Assembly (NCBI GenBank): GCA_027593035.1 | Contig: JAQCJQ010000001.1 | Location: forward strand, 4,296 to 68,295 | Direction of reading: 5' to 3' | DNA: 64,000 nt | Source of the DNA: Bacteroidota bacterium | GTDB lineage: Bacteria; Bacteroidota; Bacteroidia; Flavobacteriales_D; Sanyastnellaceae | Shown: in pieces, positions 46,635 to 57,381 of the stretch | Position numbering within the stretch: the stretch's first letter is position 1 | Layout: every line of letters starts with the position of its first letter | Translations under genes and position numbers: made by a program | The notes under the pieces: model-generated | What the model was told of the DNA's origin: nothing | The model's database searches: none | What the model saw: the letters and a program-made list of their open reading frames with translations, nothing else

Positions 46635-49361
46635 ATGCATTTTGCAAGAATTCACTTCGGATGGACATCGTTGAGCTGGTTGCAACGGCGATGGACCTTA
46701 TTGCTCTTCGCAATGGGGGTGGCATGGTCTGCCCAAGCAACCCACAATCGTGCCGGTGAAATCACCTATACTCATGTGGAAGGGCTGACGTACGAGATCC
46801 TCATCACCACCTATACGAAAACGGCAGCCATAGCAGACCGGCCTTGGTTGTACCTGTATTGGGGCGATGAGAACGATGCGCCTGTGGATAGCTTGGAACG
46901 CGAATCCATACAAGTGTTGGACAATGACGTTCAGATCAATCTCTACCGTGGGGAACATACCTACGGAGGGCCGGGCATCTTCGAGTTGCTTGTAGAAGAC
47001 CCCAATCGCAACGACGGTGTGTTGAATATCCCCGGGTCTGTTGATGTGCCATTTTCCATTCGAACGCTGTTGATCATTGATCCCCAAGCCGGGCATAACA
47101 ACTCGGTTCAGCTACTCAATCCAGCCCAACAAAACGCCTGTCTTTTCCAACCTTGGATTCACAATCCGGGGGCCCATGATCCCGATGGAGACATCTTGAG
47201 TTACGACCTCATCGCGTGCCGAGGATTCAACAGCGAGCCCATCCCTGACTATGTTTTACCGGATGCGGTCAGCACGGCGGATGACTTATTTAGCATTGAT
47301 CCGGTCTATGGAGATTTGGTTTGGGAGACCCCTCAAATAGCAGGGGAATACAATGTGGCCATCCGCATTCGAGAATGGCGGGAGGTCAATGGGCAACTGG
47401 TCATGGTCGGGGAAGTGGTTCGGGATATGCAAATTTCCGTGCAAGTGTGCCAGAATGAGCCCCCGCAATTGGATCAAGTGGCTGATACCTGTGTGATTGC
47501 TGGATCCTTCTTGACGCTGCTGTTTAGCGCAGATGACCCCGATGGGGATTTGTTGAATTTGGATGCCATCGGAGCTCCGCTATCCCTGGTGAGCAATCCC
47601 GGTGTTTTCAGTGATTTGGGTGCGGGGATTGGTCAATTGGTGTGGTCGCCAGAATGCGAGGAGGTTCGAGAAGAACCCTACCAATTGATCGTGCGTGCTG
47701 AGGACAATGACAACCAAGTCCCCTTGATGGATCTAGAGACCTTCCAAATTCGTGTGATTGCTCCGGCTGTGGATATGCAGGAGGCCGCTCCGGTTGGCAA
47801 CAGCGTGATCTTGGAATGGAGTCCGCACACTTGTCTGGATGCTCTTCCCGAATGGAAAGTGGCACAAGGCGTTTACCACATTTACCGCAGGATTGATTCC
47901 TTGGAATGGATACCGGGCGCTTGCGAAACCGGGCTTCCGGAGTCCCTCGGTTTTCAGCTGATTGCGCAAGTGGAGGGGTTGAGCAACACGGTATGGGTCG
48001 ATGCCTCAACCTTGTCCTATGGCGCAACCTACTGTTATCGCATCGTGACCGAGTGGCCGGGTAGCGGGGAATCGCTAGCGAGTGAGGCCGTTTGTGCTAC
48101 GATCGCGAAGGATATTCCGGTGATGACCAAGGTGTCTGTGCTCACAACCGATGCTCAGAATGGGATCATGGAGCTGGGTTGGTCGCCTCCTACCGATGCC
48201 GACACGACGGTCTTCCCAGGGCCTTATTCCTATGAAATTTTGGGGCGGGCCAATGGCGGGGCCAACACCAACGAAATGCTCCTGCACCAAACCAATCCCG
48301 GGCCCTTCTTGGCATCGCCCGATACCGTTTGGACTCACGTAGCTTTGGATTCGGAGTCGTCGTCTTGGACCTACCGGGTGCGCAGTATTAGCGCCACCGG
48401 TGAAATCGGAATCTCATCGCCCGCGTCGTCTCCTTGGCTCACCTTGGAGCCCAACGACAACCAGCTCACCCTGCGAATTGAAGCGAACGTTCCATGGAAT
48501 ATTGAGTCCTTCAGAATCTATCGGGCTGACGCCGCGGGAGACTTCCAGTGGATTGCGGATAGCGAAGTGAATGCCTACGTGGATTCGGGTCTTTTGAACA
48601 ATGTGAATCAATGTTATCGCGTGGAAACGGTGGGTGCTTTCGAAGGGCCAGGAATTCCTCAGACCTTGTACAATTGGAGTCAGGAAGCGTGCGGCCAACC
48701 TTTTGATCTCACGCCACCGTGTCCTCCAGTATTTTCGTTGGAAGCGGATTGCGTGGGCGAAGTCAATGTCCTGACTTGGGCGGATGTGGAGGGGTGCGCA
48801 GACGATATTCAAGGGTATGTTTTGTACTGGGCCCCAACGCTGTCCGATAGTTTGAAGCCTTACCTAACGTGGGACGATCCCGGAATGACGGGCTTCCTGT
48901 GGAATGAGCAAGGCGAACTGGGGACCATCGCGGGTTGTTTTGCCATGACGGCATTGGACAGCTTGCTTCCCGGACCGGATGGGACCTTGCGACAGAATGA
49001 GAGCGCATTGAGTGAAACCATCTGTGTCGACAATTGCCCTTTCTATTTTCTCCCCAATGTCTTCAGTCCCAATGATGATGGTATGAATGACACGTTTCAA
49101 GCCTTCCCCTGGAAGTTCATTGATCATGTGGACGTGCGGATTTATAACCGGTTGGGAGAGGAAGTTTTCCAGACCCAAGACCCCGCCGTCAACTGGACCG
49201 GAGAACACCAAGCAGGCGGATCTCCATCGACCGAGCGGGCGGCGGATGGGGTTTATTTTTATTCTGCCCGAGTCTTCACAATCCGATTGTCCGGCATCGT
49301 CGAAGAACATTTTTCTGGTGAACTTCACTTGATGCAAGGTGTTTCACCACTAGTCGAATAA
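46635..49361 (+). CDS. large secreted multi-domain protein with T9SS type-B (gliding-motility C-terminal) sorting domain
   Basis: Signal peptide ...LLLFAMGVAWSAQA. N-terminal THNRAGEITY motif. Two cadherin-like DPDGD segments. FN3-like repeats (LEWSP, LGWSPP). C-terminal CVDNCPFYFLPNVFSPNDDGMNDTF...DGVYFY. Confidence 0.8.
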   Translation: MHFARIHFGWTSLSWLQRRWTLLLFAMGVAWSAQATHNRAGEITYTHVEGLTYEILITTYTKTAAIADRPWLYLYWGDENDAPVDSLERESIQVLDNDVQINLYRGEHTYGGPGIFELLVEDPNRNDGVLNIPGSVDVPFSIRTLLIIDPQAGHNNSVQLLNPAQQNACLFQPWIHNPGAHDPDGDILSYDLIACRGFNSEPIPDYVLPDAVSTADDLFSIDPVYGDLVWETPQIAGEYNVAIRIREWREVNGQLVMVGEVVRDMQISVQVCQNEPPQLDQVADTCVIAGSFLTLLFSADDPDGDLLNLDAIGAPLSLVSNPGVFSDLGAGIGQLVWSPECEEVREEPYQLIVRAEDNDNQVPLMDLETFQIRVIAPAVDMQEAAPVGNSVILEWSPHTCLDALPEWKVAQGVYHIYRRIDSLEWIPGACETGLPESLGFQLIAQVEGLSNTVWVDASTLSYGATYCYRIVTEWPGSGESLASEAVCATIAKDIPVMTKVSVLTTDAQNGIMELGWSPPTDADTTVFPGPYSYEILGRANGGANTNEMLLHQTNPGPFLASPDTVWTHVALDSESSSWTYRVRSISATGEIGISSPASSPWLTLEPNDNQLTLRIEANVPWNIESFRIYRADAAGDFQWIADSEVNAYVDSGLLNNVNQCYRVETVGAFEGPGIPQTLYNWSQEACGQPFDLTPPCPPVFSLEADCVGEVNVLTWADVEGCADDIQGYVLYWAPTLSDSLKPYLTWDDPGMTGFLWNEQGELGTIAGCFAMTALDSLLPGPDGTLRQNESALSETICVDNCPFYFLPNVFSPNDDGMNDTFQAFPWKFIDHVDVRIYNRLGEEVFQTQDPAVNWTGEHQAGGSPSTERAADGVYFYSARVFTIRLSGIVEEHFSGELHLMQGVSPLVE

Positions 49362-49370
49362 ATCCACACG

Positions 49371-49979
49371 ATGTTTACAGGAATCATAGAGGGAATGGGG
49401 CGATTGGAACACATTGCACACGAAGGCACCAATGTGCACTTTACGCTGAGTGCGCCGTTTGTGGATGAATTGCACATCGATCAAAGTGTCGCGCACGATG
49501 GTGTTTGCCTAACGGTTGTGGGATTGGAAAGCGGACAGTACACGGTGACGGCCATCGACGAAACGTTGCAGCGAACCAATTTGCAATCGTGGGTGGTTGG
49601 GAGTCAAGTCAACTTGGAGCGGTGCACGCGCGTTGGTGACCGCTTGGATGGACACATCGTCCAAGGTCATGTGGATACGACAGCCATCCTGGAATCCGTG
49701 ATGGATTTGAAGGGAAGTTGGAAGCTAGCGTTTCGCCATCAGCGATCGCCGGAATTCATGACCGTGCCCAAGGGATCCATCACGATCAATGGAATTAGCC
49801 TCACTGTCGTTGATTCTTCTGTGGAAGGCTTCAGCGTCGCAATCATTCCCTATACTTGGGAGCACACGAATTTGGGAGCTTTGCTACCGGGAAACACCGT
49901 CAACATTGAGTTTGATATCGTGGGCAAATACGTCGCCCGCATGTGGAGTCAGGCCCAGTCGGGATCGGACGAGGCTTGA
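49371..49979 (+). CDS. ribE: riboflavin synthase
   Basis: MFTGIIE start, a duplicated lumazine-binding barrel ([14 protein letters not shown]), and [11 protein letters not shown]. Confidence 0.9.
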   Translation: MFTGIIEGMGRLEHIAHEGTNVHFTLSAPFVDELHIDQSVAHDGVCLTVVGLESGQYTVTAIDETLQRTNLQSWVVGSQVNLERCTRVGDRLDGHIVQGHVDTTAILESVMDLKGSWKLAFRHQRSPEFMTVPKGSITINGISLTVVDSSVEGFSVAIIPYTWEHTNLGALLPGNTVNIEFDIVGKYVARMWSQAQSGSDEA

Positions 49980-50731
49980 GGCCGCTGGCGAAGCTCGAAA
50001 TTCTGACCCAAGTAGACCCTTCTCACCTGTTCGTCGGAAGCCAACTCTTCTGCCGTTCCATGCTTCAGGATCCGCCCTTCAAACAGCAAATAAGCCCGGT
50101 CGGTGATGTGCAGGGTTTCCTGTACGTTGTGGTCGGTGATCAAGATGCCGATGTTCTTGGATCGCAGCTGATTGACAATCCGTTGAATGTCCTCCACAGC
50201 AATGGGATCCACCCCCGCAAAAGGCTCATCCAGCAAAATAAACTTGGGGTCAGTCGCCAGCGCCCTTGCAATTTCTGTTCGGCGTCTTTCTCCTCCGCTG
50301 AGGACATCTCCGCGGGATTTTCGCACTTTCTCCAACCCAAACTCGGAGAGTAAAGATTCCAGTTTATCCTTTTGTTCTTGGATGGATAACGGTTGCAGTT
50401 CAAGGATGGCGGCGATGTTGTCCTCGACGCTCAATTTCCGAAAGACGGATGCTTCCTGCGGCAAATACCCCAAACCCAAACGGCTTCGCTGGTACATGGG
50501 CATGGAAGTGATTTCTTGGTCATCGAGAAAAACTTGGCCGGCGTCTGCCTGTACCAACCCTACCACCGCATAGAAGCTGGTGGTCTTGCCAGCGCCATTG
50601 GGTCCAAGCAATCCCACCACCTCCCCTTGGGTGACTTCCAACGAAACACCATCGACCACGCGTCGCTGGCCATATTGCTTGACCAGGCCTCGAGCGTGCA
50701 GTTTCATGGGTTGCTGATTGGACTCATCCAT
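49949..50731 (-). CDS. lptB: LPS export ABC transporter ATP-binding protein
   Basis: Walker [13 protein letters not shown], signature [15 protein letters not shown], Walker [16 protein letters not shown] at 50731 or 50707; the listed 50773 start is a TTG. Confidence 0.9.
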   Translation of the reverse strand: MDESNQQPMKLHARGLVKQYGQRRVVDGVSLEVTQGEVVGLLGPNGAGKTTSFYAVVGLVQADAGQVFLDDQEITSMPMYQRSRLGLGYLPQEASVFRKLSVEDNIAAILELQPLSIQEQKDKLESLLSEFGLEKVRKSRGDVLSGGERRRTEIARALATDPKFILLDEPFAGVDPIAVEDIQRIVNQLRSKNIGILITDHNVQETLHITDRAYLLFEGRILKHGTAEELASDEQVRRVYLGQNFELRQRPQASSDPDWA

Positions 50732-50769
50732 GGTGCAAATGTAATCGGGTGTCGTGGATTGCGCGCTGT

Positions 50770-53238
50770 TCAAATTTCGGCTGAGAAACCAATGCGGATT
50801 CCCCAGCTGCCTTCAGACCCCAGCTCCATGTCCGTTCGCCAAACAGCGTCCACGCGCAAGAAGCGCAAGATGTTTTCAATGCCCAAAGAGCATTCGGTGT
50901 AGGCAGCATTCATCCCTTTTGTCTCATCCCGCAGGGCCACCAGATTCTCGTGTTTGACATCCCAGCTTCCCAAAATGGATTTGACTCCAGCCACTTCCCG
51001 CAGCCCAATTCTCCGAAGCAGGGGGATGTGATTCAGCACAAAACCTTCGAAATGCCACTCCACGGAAGCCTTGACCCATTGGTCCGTGACCAATTCCAGC
51101 GGGCTCAATAGATTGAATGATTCCGGGGTCATGAAATAAGTGCCGCTAGCAGCAACTACTTCCATCAGTGGGTAAGGAGCGGATCCCCAATAAGTACCGC
51201 CTTGTGCGAGCCACTCGATTCGCCCCATGAGGCCAATTCGTGCGACATCTTCTGCATCCAAAGTGCAACGGAGGTAATTGTATTGTGATCCAAGAATACC
51301 GGGCACTCCCCAAGTCGCCGTGCCGACGAGAATGGGCCATTCCGTTCCCAAGCTGATGCGTTCAAATTCGCCGCTCACGAAGCGTTCTTGGAACGCATAC
51401 CGCACAATGCCGGTCAATTCTGTGGTAATCAATTGGTCCAAGGATGAGCCGTTGAAGGGATCCTTGAAATCCCAGTCGCCGATGGCCGCCACCCGGCGAT
51501 GGCGCCATTCCAAGAATCCGCTGTAGCCTTGACCGAATTCGTGGAGAAGGCTCGCTTCCGCTCGAACGACTTCAGAAAGCGGAACGACGGAATCCGTTCG
51601 AAGCAGGGACGTGAAAACTTCTCCTTGATCAAGAAGCCCGTTCATGCCGAATTGTTCTAAATCGCGTTTGATTTCGAAATACGCTTCGGTGCGGGGTGAT
51701 TTACGAAGAATGAACCGCGTATTCAAGCCGGCCTTCCATCGGTTATCCAATGTTCCGTAGGCGGCAAAAACACCGGGCATGAAACGCTTGCTAAAGGCAT
51801 TGGAGGTTCGCAAATCCAACCGATATCGGGTCCCCTCTGTGGGGTTTTGTGTATACGCAGACCACCAAGCTCCCCATTCCAACGGTCCGGTCGACACATA
51901 ACCTGTGGCCCCGAGATACCCTAACTTTTTGACCCAACGGTATGCGGGCATGCTCTGGATGGAATCCACCATTTCATAGACCCTCTGCTCTCTTGAAAGG
52001 AGCGGTTCCGTTCGGAGTGTGGACCATTGAGCTTCATTCAATCCTTTCGAATTGATGGCAAACACCATATCCCGACCGCCAGTCCACACGGTATCTGGCC
52101 AAGCATCTGCCCACGCACTCTCGCTGAAATTAATTGAGCGGCGGAGGTACGCTCCAACGATACGATCCGTCACGCTCATGTCGATGAGCATGGATTCGTG
52201 CGCCATCATCCAAGCGACCGTCGTGTCAGCATCCTTTTGCACGGGCTGAAACTCTTGTGCCCACGTCAGAGATCGCACATAATTGACATTAGCTGATTCA
52301 CTGAGTCTACCTTCAACGCGCGTGAGAGCGAGACTCAAGGTGTCGATCCACATTTCCCCTTCAAATGTGAGCTCCCCTTTGCGGCGTGGAACGAATGCGA
52401 GGTGCATCGATGGCCGGCCACGGATGTCCAGGGTGTCCAAGATGTAATAACGATAATGGGCCGTACCGCGATCATGCAGCGGTGAGGTGAAGGCGCGATT
52501 CAAGACCAGCAATCGGTTTTGGTAGAGGTTGATCTCCGGGAAACGCGCATTCATCTCGGCCGGATTGTCGCCTCCTGTAATCCGCCCGCTCATTTGAGCG
52601 GCTTCGATGACTGTCTGTTGGCGTTTTGGATTGCGCGCGGTGCGCAAGGTGCTGATGGATTCGCCAATCATCAGAGGCAGTGCTGTCCGGACCTCTGAAC
52701 TGTCGATGTAGTTGAATATCCATGCAAAGGGCCCCCACAACCAATTCTCAGTCTGACTCTGACTGATGTCATTCACATCCAATTCGATCCGTGTATAGGT
52801 CTTCTGTTTCGTGGCAGGAAGCTGCGACGGATCATTCATAGTCTTGGCTTCAAGAACGCGTGCCATGAAAGGCTTTGCCGGGTTAACCGCATCGGGGTCG
52901 GGACGCACTTCGGCCGCAATCAATTCAATTTGACGCAGTTCCAATGCGATGTTTCGCTGTTGTTTGATGTCTCGGGTGATGTTCACCGATTGGCTTGCGT
53001 ACCCCAAAAAACTCACGTAAAGCATCCCGGGGCGTCCGGTTGTGCGGAGGGAATATTCACCTACCTCATTGGTGGCGGTTCCTTCACCGGAGGCACTGAA
53101 GGCAACATTCACATAGGGGAGGGCTTGACCGCTGCTCGCGTCAAAAACGCGGCCTTGTACTTCCGTAAATTGTGACAGCCCGTCAATCGAGAAGCAACCA
53201 ATGAAGAGGAGTACTATAAGAGCAGATGACCACTTCAT
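50770..53238 (-). CDS. DUF5686-like protein with N-terminal carboxypeptidase-regulatory-like domain
   Basis: Signal peptide [38 protein letters not shown] is typical of the CarboxypepD_reg fold. 822 aa, beta-rich. Confidence 0.7.
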   Translation of the reverse strand: MKWSSALIVLLFIGCFSIDGLSQFTEVQGRVFDASSGQALPYVNVAFSASGEGTATNEVGEYSLRTTGRPGMLYVSFLGYASQSVNITRDIKQQRNIALELRQIELIAAEVRPDPDAVNPAKPFMARVLEAKTMNDPSQLPATKQKTYTRIELDVNDISQSQTENWLWGPFAWIFNYIDSSEVRTALPLMIGESISTLRTARNPKRQQTVIEAAQMSGRITGGDNPAEMNARFPEINLYQNRLLVLNRAFTSPLHDRGTAHYRYYILDTLDIRGRPSMHLAFVPRRKGELTFEGEMWIDTLSLALTRVEGRLSESANVNYVRSLTWAQEFQPVQKDADTTVAWMMAHESMLIDMSVTDRIVGAYLRRSINFSESAWADAWPDTVWTGGRDMVFAINSKGLNEAQWSTLRTEPLLSREQRVYEMVDSIQSMPAYRWVKKLGYLGATGYVSTGPLEWGAWWSAYTQNPTEGTRYRLDLRTSNAFSKRFMPGVFAAYGTLDNRWKAGLNTRFILRKSPRTEAYFEIKRDLEQFGMNGLLDQGEVFTSLLRTDSVVPLSEVVRAEASLLHEFGQGYSGFLEWRHRRVAAIGDWDFKDPFNGSSLDQLITTELTGIVRYAFQERFVSGEFERISLGTEWPILVGTATWGVPGILGSQYNYLRCTLDAEDVARIGLMGRIEWLAQGGTYWGSAPYPLMEVVAASGTYFMTPESFNLLSPLELVTDQWVKASVEWHFEGFVLNHIPLLRRIGLREVAGVKSILGSWDVKHENLVALRDETKGMNAAYTECSLGIENILRFLRVDAVWRTDMELGSEGSWGIRIGFSAEI

Positions 53239-53243
53239 GGGAG

Positions 53244-54074
53244 TCAAGTGCGCTCGGTATTTTGTTTGACAACCCGCCGTGAGATCACAATACTCAATTC
53301 ATAAAGAACCAGTACCGGCAATGCGACCAGAATCTGGCTGGTCAAATCAGGAGGGGTGATGATTGCAGCGATGATGAGGATGGCGACCAAGGCGTGCTTT
53401 CGGTAAGACTTGAGAATTTCCGGTGTGACCAAACCGGCGCGGCTCAAGAAATAAACGACAACGGGCAACTGAAAAATCAAACCGGCGGCCAGGGTGATGG
53501 AAGCGATGGTCTTCATGTAGGACATGACCGAAATCCGAGCTTCGACATCCCCCAATTCGTAATTGCCCAAAAATTGCAAGGACAGTGGAGCGATGATCCA
53601 GTATCCAAATGCCACCCCCAAGAAGAACAGCACCGAGGAACTCAATCCAATGCCGCTGGCCGCCTTTACCTCAGTCTGCTTCAGTGCTGGACGAATAAAC
53701 AACCATCCTTGCCAAAATACCAAGGGGAAAGACAGGATGAAACCACCAATGGCTGAGACCAGAATGTGCGTCGTAAAATTCCCGAGCATCGTGGTGTTGA
53801 TGAGCTCATACCGAATCTCCTGCACACACAGCGCGTCTCCTGCTCCAATGGCTTCTGATATCCAGCACCAGGCACGAAAACTGGCGAAATCAATGCGTCT
53901 CGGGCCAAAAAGAACGGTCTCAAAAAGCCATTCCTTGCAGACGAACAAAGTGATGCCCGTCGTCAAGATGAATGCAGTGGACCAAAAGAGTCGTTTGCGC
54001 AACTCTTCCAGGTGGTCCAAAAAGCCCATTTCGGCTTCCTCGTTTTTCTTATCTGTAGGTTGATCCAACGCCAT
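53244..54074 (-). CDS. tatC: twin-arginine translocase subunit TatC
   Basis: FLDHLEELRKRL N-terminus and 6 TM segments. 276 aa. Confidence 0.9.
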   Translation of the reverse strand: MALDQPTDKKNEEAEMGFLDHLEELRKRLFWSTAFILTTGITLFVCKEWLFETVLFGPRRIDFASFRAWCWISEAIGAGDALCVQEIRYELINTTMLGNFTTHILVSAIGGFILSFPLVFWQGWLFIRPALKQTEVKAASGIGLSSSVLFFLGVAFGYWIIAPLSLQFLGNYELGDVEARISVMSYMKTIASITLAAGLIFQLPVVVYFLSRAGLVTPEILKSYRKHALVAILIIAAIITPPDLTSQILVALPVLVLYELSIVISRRVVKQNTERT

Positions 54075-54090
54075 CTTGCATGCTCAAGGA

Positions 54091-55056
54091 TTAATAAATG
54101 CCTTCTTTTAGAATGTCGTGCAAATGAACCAACCCTTGGTAGTGTCCGTCTTCCACCACGACAATTTGAGTGATGGAGGTGGATTCCATGAGCTGGAAGG
54201 CTGCGACGGCCAATTGGCTGGATTCCATCACCTTCGGTGAAGGGGACATGATGTCGATGGCCGGAGTGGTCGAAGGGAGCCCTTTTTCAATCGAACGACG
54301 AACATCTCCATCGGTTACGATGCCAACCAAGTCGTCTCCGTTCATGACAGCGGTGGCTCCGCAACGGCCAGCACTCATTTCAAGGACGGTCTCTTGCAAA
54401 GAGGTGGTGACTTGAACTCGCGGTTTGCGGTCTGCCGAGATCAAATCGGCCAAACGGACGTACAGTCGTTTTCCAAGCGCTCCGCCCGGGTGCACTTGCG
54501 CAAAGTCTTCACCCCGAAACCCGCGAGCTTCCATGAGGCAGGTCGCTAAGGCATCTCCCAAAGCCATCTGGGCCGTCGTGCTCGAAGTGGGAGCCAAATC
54601 CAATGGACACGCTTCTTTCTCAACGGTGGCGTCCAAAACCCATTGGCTTTGCTTCGCTAAATGCGAATCCACATTGCCGACCATGCCAATGAGGGGGACG
54701 CCCAGGTTTTGAATCAAGGGGGTCAAGGCTTTAATCTCAGGCGAGTTTCCGCTTTTCGAAATGCACAACACCACATCGTCTTTTTGAACAAGCCCCAAAT
54801 CTCCGTGGATGGCATCTGCCGCATGCATGAAGACGGCGGGAGTGCCGGTTGAATTCAGGGTGGCTACCAATTTTTGAGCGATGATACCACTCTTGCCAAT
54901 TCCAGTAATGATAACGCGACCGGTGCATTCCAGCAAACAGGCCACCACGCGTTCGAAGTCGCCATTGAGCTGTGCAATCAGCTGCCGGACGGCATCGCTC
55001 TCCAATTCAAGCGTGAGGCGAGCCCGGTCTAAAATGGAGAGCGTTGAAGATGGCAT
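54091..55056 (-). CDS. kdsD: KpsF/GutQ-family arabinose-5-phosphate isomerase (SIS + tandem CBS)
   Basis: ITGIGKSG and HPGGALGKRL, with a C-terminal CBS pair. Start chosen at ATG 55056; the listed 55104 start is a TTG. Confidence 0.9.
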   Translation of the reverse strand: MPSSTLSILDRARLTLELESDAVRQLIAQLNGDFERVVACLLECTGRVIITGIGKSGIIAQKLVATLNSTGTPAVFMHAADAIHGDLGLVQKDDVVLCISKSGNSPEIKALTPLIQNLGVPLIGMVGNVDSHLAKQSQWVLDATVEKEACPLDLAPTSSTTAQMALGDALATCLMEARGFRGEDFAQVHPGGALGKRLYVRLADLISADRKPRVQVTTSLQETVLEMSAGRCGATAVMNGDDLVGIVTDGDVRRSIEKGLPSTTPAIDIMSPSPKVMESSQLAVAAFQLMESTSITQIVVVEDGHYQGLVHLHDILKEGIY

Positions 55057-55128
55057 TTTCTGATTTCTAGTGTGGATGCGCGAAATGGGCGTTGCTTTAG
55101 GCAAGATTTTCCTTATCTTTCAGTAGCG

Positions 55129-55136
55129 CAAAGCTA
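55129..55136 (-). promoter_or_regulatory. -7 promoter box TAGCTTTG upstream of kdsD
   Basis: Exact TAnnTTTG on the - strand, about 72 nt before ATG 55056. Confidence 0.4.
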
Positions 55137-55176
55137 AAACTTCGTCCGGTGAAAGCCGGCACCAAATGTCTGATTG

Positions 55177-57375
55177 ATGAATACAGCGGAAATGACGCCC
55201 TCAGTGGCGCTCAGCCGATTCTTTGGATTCAATGAATTCAAAGGGGAGCAAGAGGAAGTCGTGGAATGCGTTTTACGCGGCCAGGACTCCTTTGTCATCA
55301 TGCCTACAGGTGGTGGAAAGTCAATGTGCTATCAACTCCCCGCGCTGATGCTTGAGGGCACAGCCATTGTTGTTTCACCCTTGATTGCCTTGATGAAAAA
55401 TCAGGTGGACGCGATACGGGGTCACCATGAAGAGGATTCCATTGCGCATTTCTTAAACTCCAGTTTATCCAAGGCCGATGCCATGCAGGTGCGTGAAGAC
55501 GTGTCCACGGGCTTGACGAAGTTGTTGTACGTGGCCCCCGAGAGTTTGACGAAAGAGGACAACATCAATTTCCTGAAGAGCATACGCATCAGCTTTGTCG
55601 CGGTCGATGAAGCCCACTGCATTTCGGAATGGGGACATGATTTCCGACCAGAATATCGCCGCATTCGGGCCATTGTGAAGCAAATCGCAGACGTTCCGAT
55701 CATTGCTTTGACCGCAACGGCAACACCGAAGGTGCAAACGGACATCCAGAAGAATTTGGAAATGAAGGATGCGATGCTGTTCAAAGCGTCTTTCAATCGC
55801 GAGAATCTGTTTTATGAGGTGCGTGCCAAAAAGGACGCCATGAAGCAGATTGTGCGTCATGCCAAAAAGCACGCGGGAAAAAGTGGGATCATCTATTGTT
55901 TGAGCCGAAAAAAGGTTGAAGAAATAGCGGAACTCTTGCAAGTCAACGGCATCAAAGCGTTGGGATACCATGCGGGGATGGATGCCCATCAGCGGAGCAG
56001 CATTCAAGATCAATTCTTGATGCAAGACGTGGACATCATTGTCGCGACCATCGCCTTCGGAATGGGGATTGACAAGCCCGATGTGCGGTTCGTGATCCAT
56101 TACGACATGCCCAAATCGTTGGAGAGCTATTACCAGGAAACGGGTCGAGCCGGCAGGGATGGTGGTGAAGGGCACTGCATTGCATTCTACTCGCATCGGG
56201 ACATTGAAAAGCTGGAAAAATTCTTGCATGGAAAGCCGTTAGCGGAACAAGAGATAGGACATCAGCTATTGCAAGAGGTCATGGCGTATGCCGAGACGTC
56301 CATGTCCAGAAGGAAGTTCTTGCTGCATTATTTCGGAGAAGAATTCGATGAGCTCAATGGTCCTGGAGCCATGAATTGCGACAACATGGCCAATCCCCCG
56401 AAAATGCGGGATGGCCAGGAGGAAGTGCATTTGATTTTGAGTTTGATCCTTGAGCACAAGCAGAACTTCCGTTCACCGTTCATCACAGGCGTGCTTTGCG
56501 GAGAAGAAAACCGCGAAATTCAGGACTACAAGGGTACAGAGAGTTCATTTTGGAAGCGAGGTGAGGATCACAAGCCACGTCATTGGAATGGGATCATTCG
56601 ACAGTCGCTTGTTTTGGGATTGATCCGCAAGGAAATCGAGACCTACGGTACGTTGAAGATCACGGATCGTGGAATGGATTTCTTGACCAATCCAAAACCA
56701 GTCCTCGTTGCTGAAGAACGGGATTTCTCCGATGTTGACGTGCTGGATTCAATGAGTCAAACGCGTTCAGGTGAAGGCGGAGCATTGGACGCCAAGCTCA
56801 AGTCGCTTCTGACTAGCTTGAGAAAGGAGCTGGCTGACGAGGAATCTTTGCCGCCCTATGTAATTTTACAGGACCTTTCACTGGATGAAATGGCGATTCA
56901 TTATCCGATTACTGAAGATGAATTGCTTCGGATATCGGGAGTGGGTTCAGGAAAAGCAAAGAAGTATGGCGTGCCATTTTTGGAGCTGATACAAGCTTAC
57001 GTGACGGAGGAAGGCATCGAGCGCGACTCGGACTTGCTCGTGCGGTCGTCATCTAGCCGATCAGCCAATAAAGTGCACATCATCCAGCGGATTGATCGGA
57101 AGATTGATTTAGGAGACATCGCACGGGATCTGAATATGAGCCGGGAGGATCTCATGAATGAAATTGAAGGGATTGTGTCTGCAGGAACGCGTGTCAATTT
57201 GGACTATATCCTAGACAATACGCTGGACGATGACAGTTTAGAAGAACTGTTTGATTTCCTCAGGGACTCGGAAGATGAAGGAGTCGAGGCCTTGGTCGAG
57301 GAGTATGGGGATGTATACAGCGAAGAAGAAATGCGATTGGCTCGCATCAAGTTTTTGAGCGAATACGCTAATTGA
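55177..57375 (+). CDS. recQ: ATP-dependent DNA helicase RecQ
   Basis: MPTGGGKS, VDEAHCISEWGHDFRPEY, TIAFGMGIDKPDVRFV, YYQETGRAGRDG, and a C-terminal HRDC-like region. ATG at 55177; 55174 is a TTG. Confidence 0.95.
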   Translation: MNTAEMTPSVALSRFFGFNEFKGEQEEVVECVLRGQDSFVIMPTGGGKSMCYQLPALMLEGTAIVVSPLIALMKNQVDAIRGHHEEDSIAHFLNSSLSKADAMQVREDVSTGLTKLLYVAPESLTKEDNINFLKSIRISFVAVDEAHCISEWGHDFRPEYRRIRAIVKQIADVPIIALTATATPKVQTDIQKNLEMKDAMLFKASFNRENLFYEVRAKKDAMKQIVRHAKKHAGKSGIIYCLSRKKVEEIAELLQVNGIKALGYHAGMDAHQRSSIQDQFLMQDVDIIVATIAFGMGIDKPDVRFVIHYDMPKSLESYYQETGRAGRDGGEGHCIAFYSHRDIEKLEKFLHGKPLAEQEIGHQLLQEVMAYAETSMSRRKFLLHYFGEEFDELNGPGAMNCDNMANPPKMRDGQEEVHLILSLILEHKQNFRSPFITGVLCGEENREIQDYKGTESSFWKRGEDHKPRHWNGIIRQSLVLGLIRKEIETYGTLKITDRGMDFLTNPKPVLVAEERDFSDVDVLDSMSQTRSGEGGALDAKLKSLLTSLRKELADEESLPPYVILQDLSLDEMAIHYPITEDELLRISGVGSGKAKKYGVPFLELIQAYVTEEGIERDSDLLVRSSSSRSANKVHIIQRIDRKIDLGDIARDLNMSREDLMNEIEGIVSAGTRVNLDYILDNTLDDDSLEELFDFLRDSEDEGVEALVEEYGDVYSEEEMRLARIKFLSEYAN

Positions 57376-57381
57376 GGGTCG

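Noticed and set aside
55465-56229. 254-aa antisense ORF opposite recQ
   Set aside because: It is a shadow ORF inside a strongly conserved helicase core, with no independent promoter or motif.
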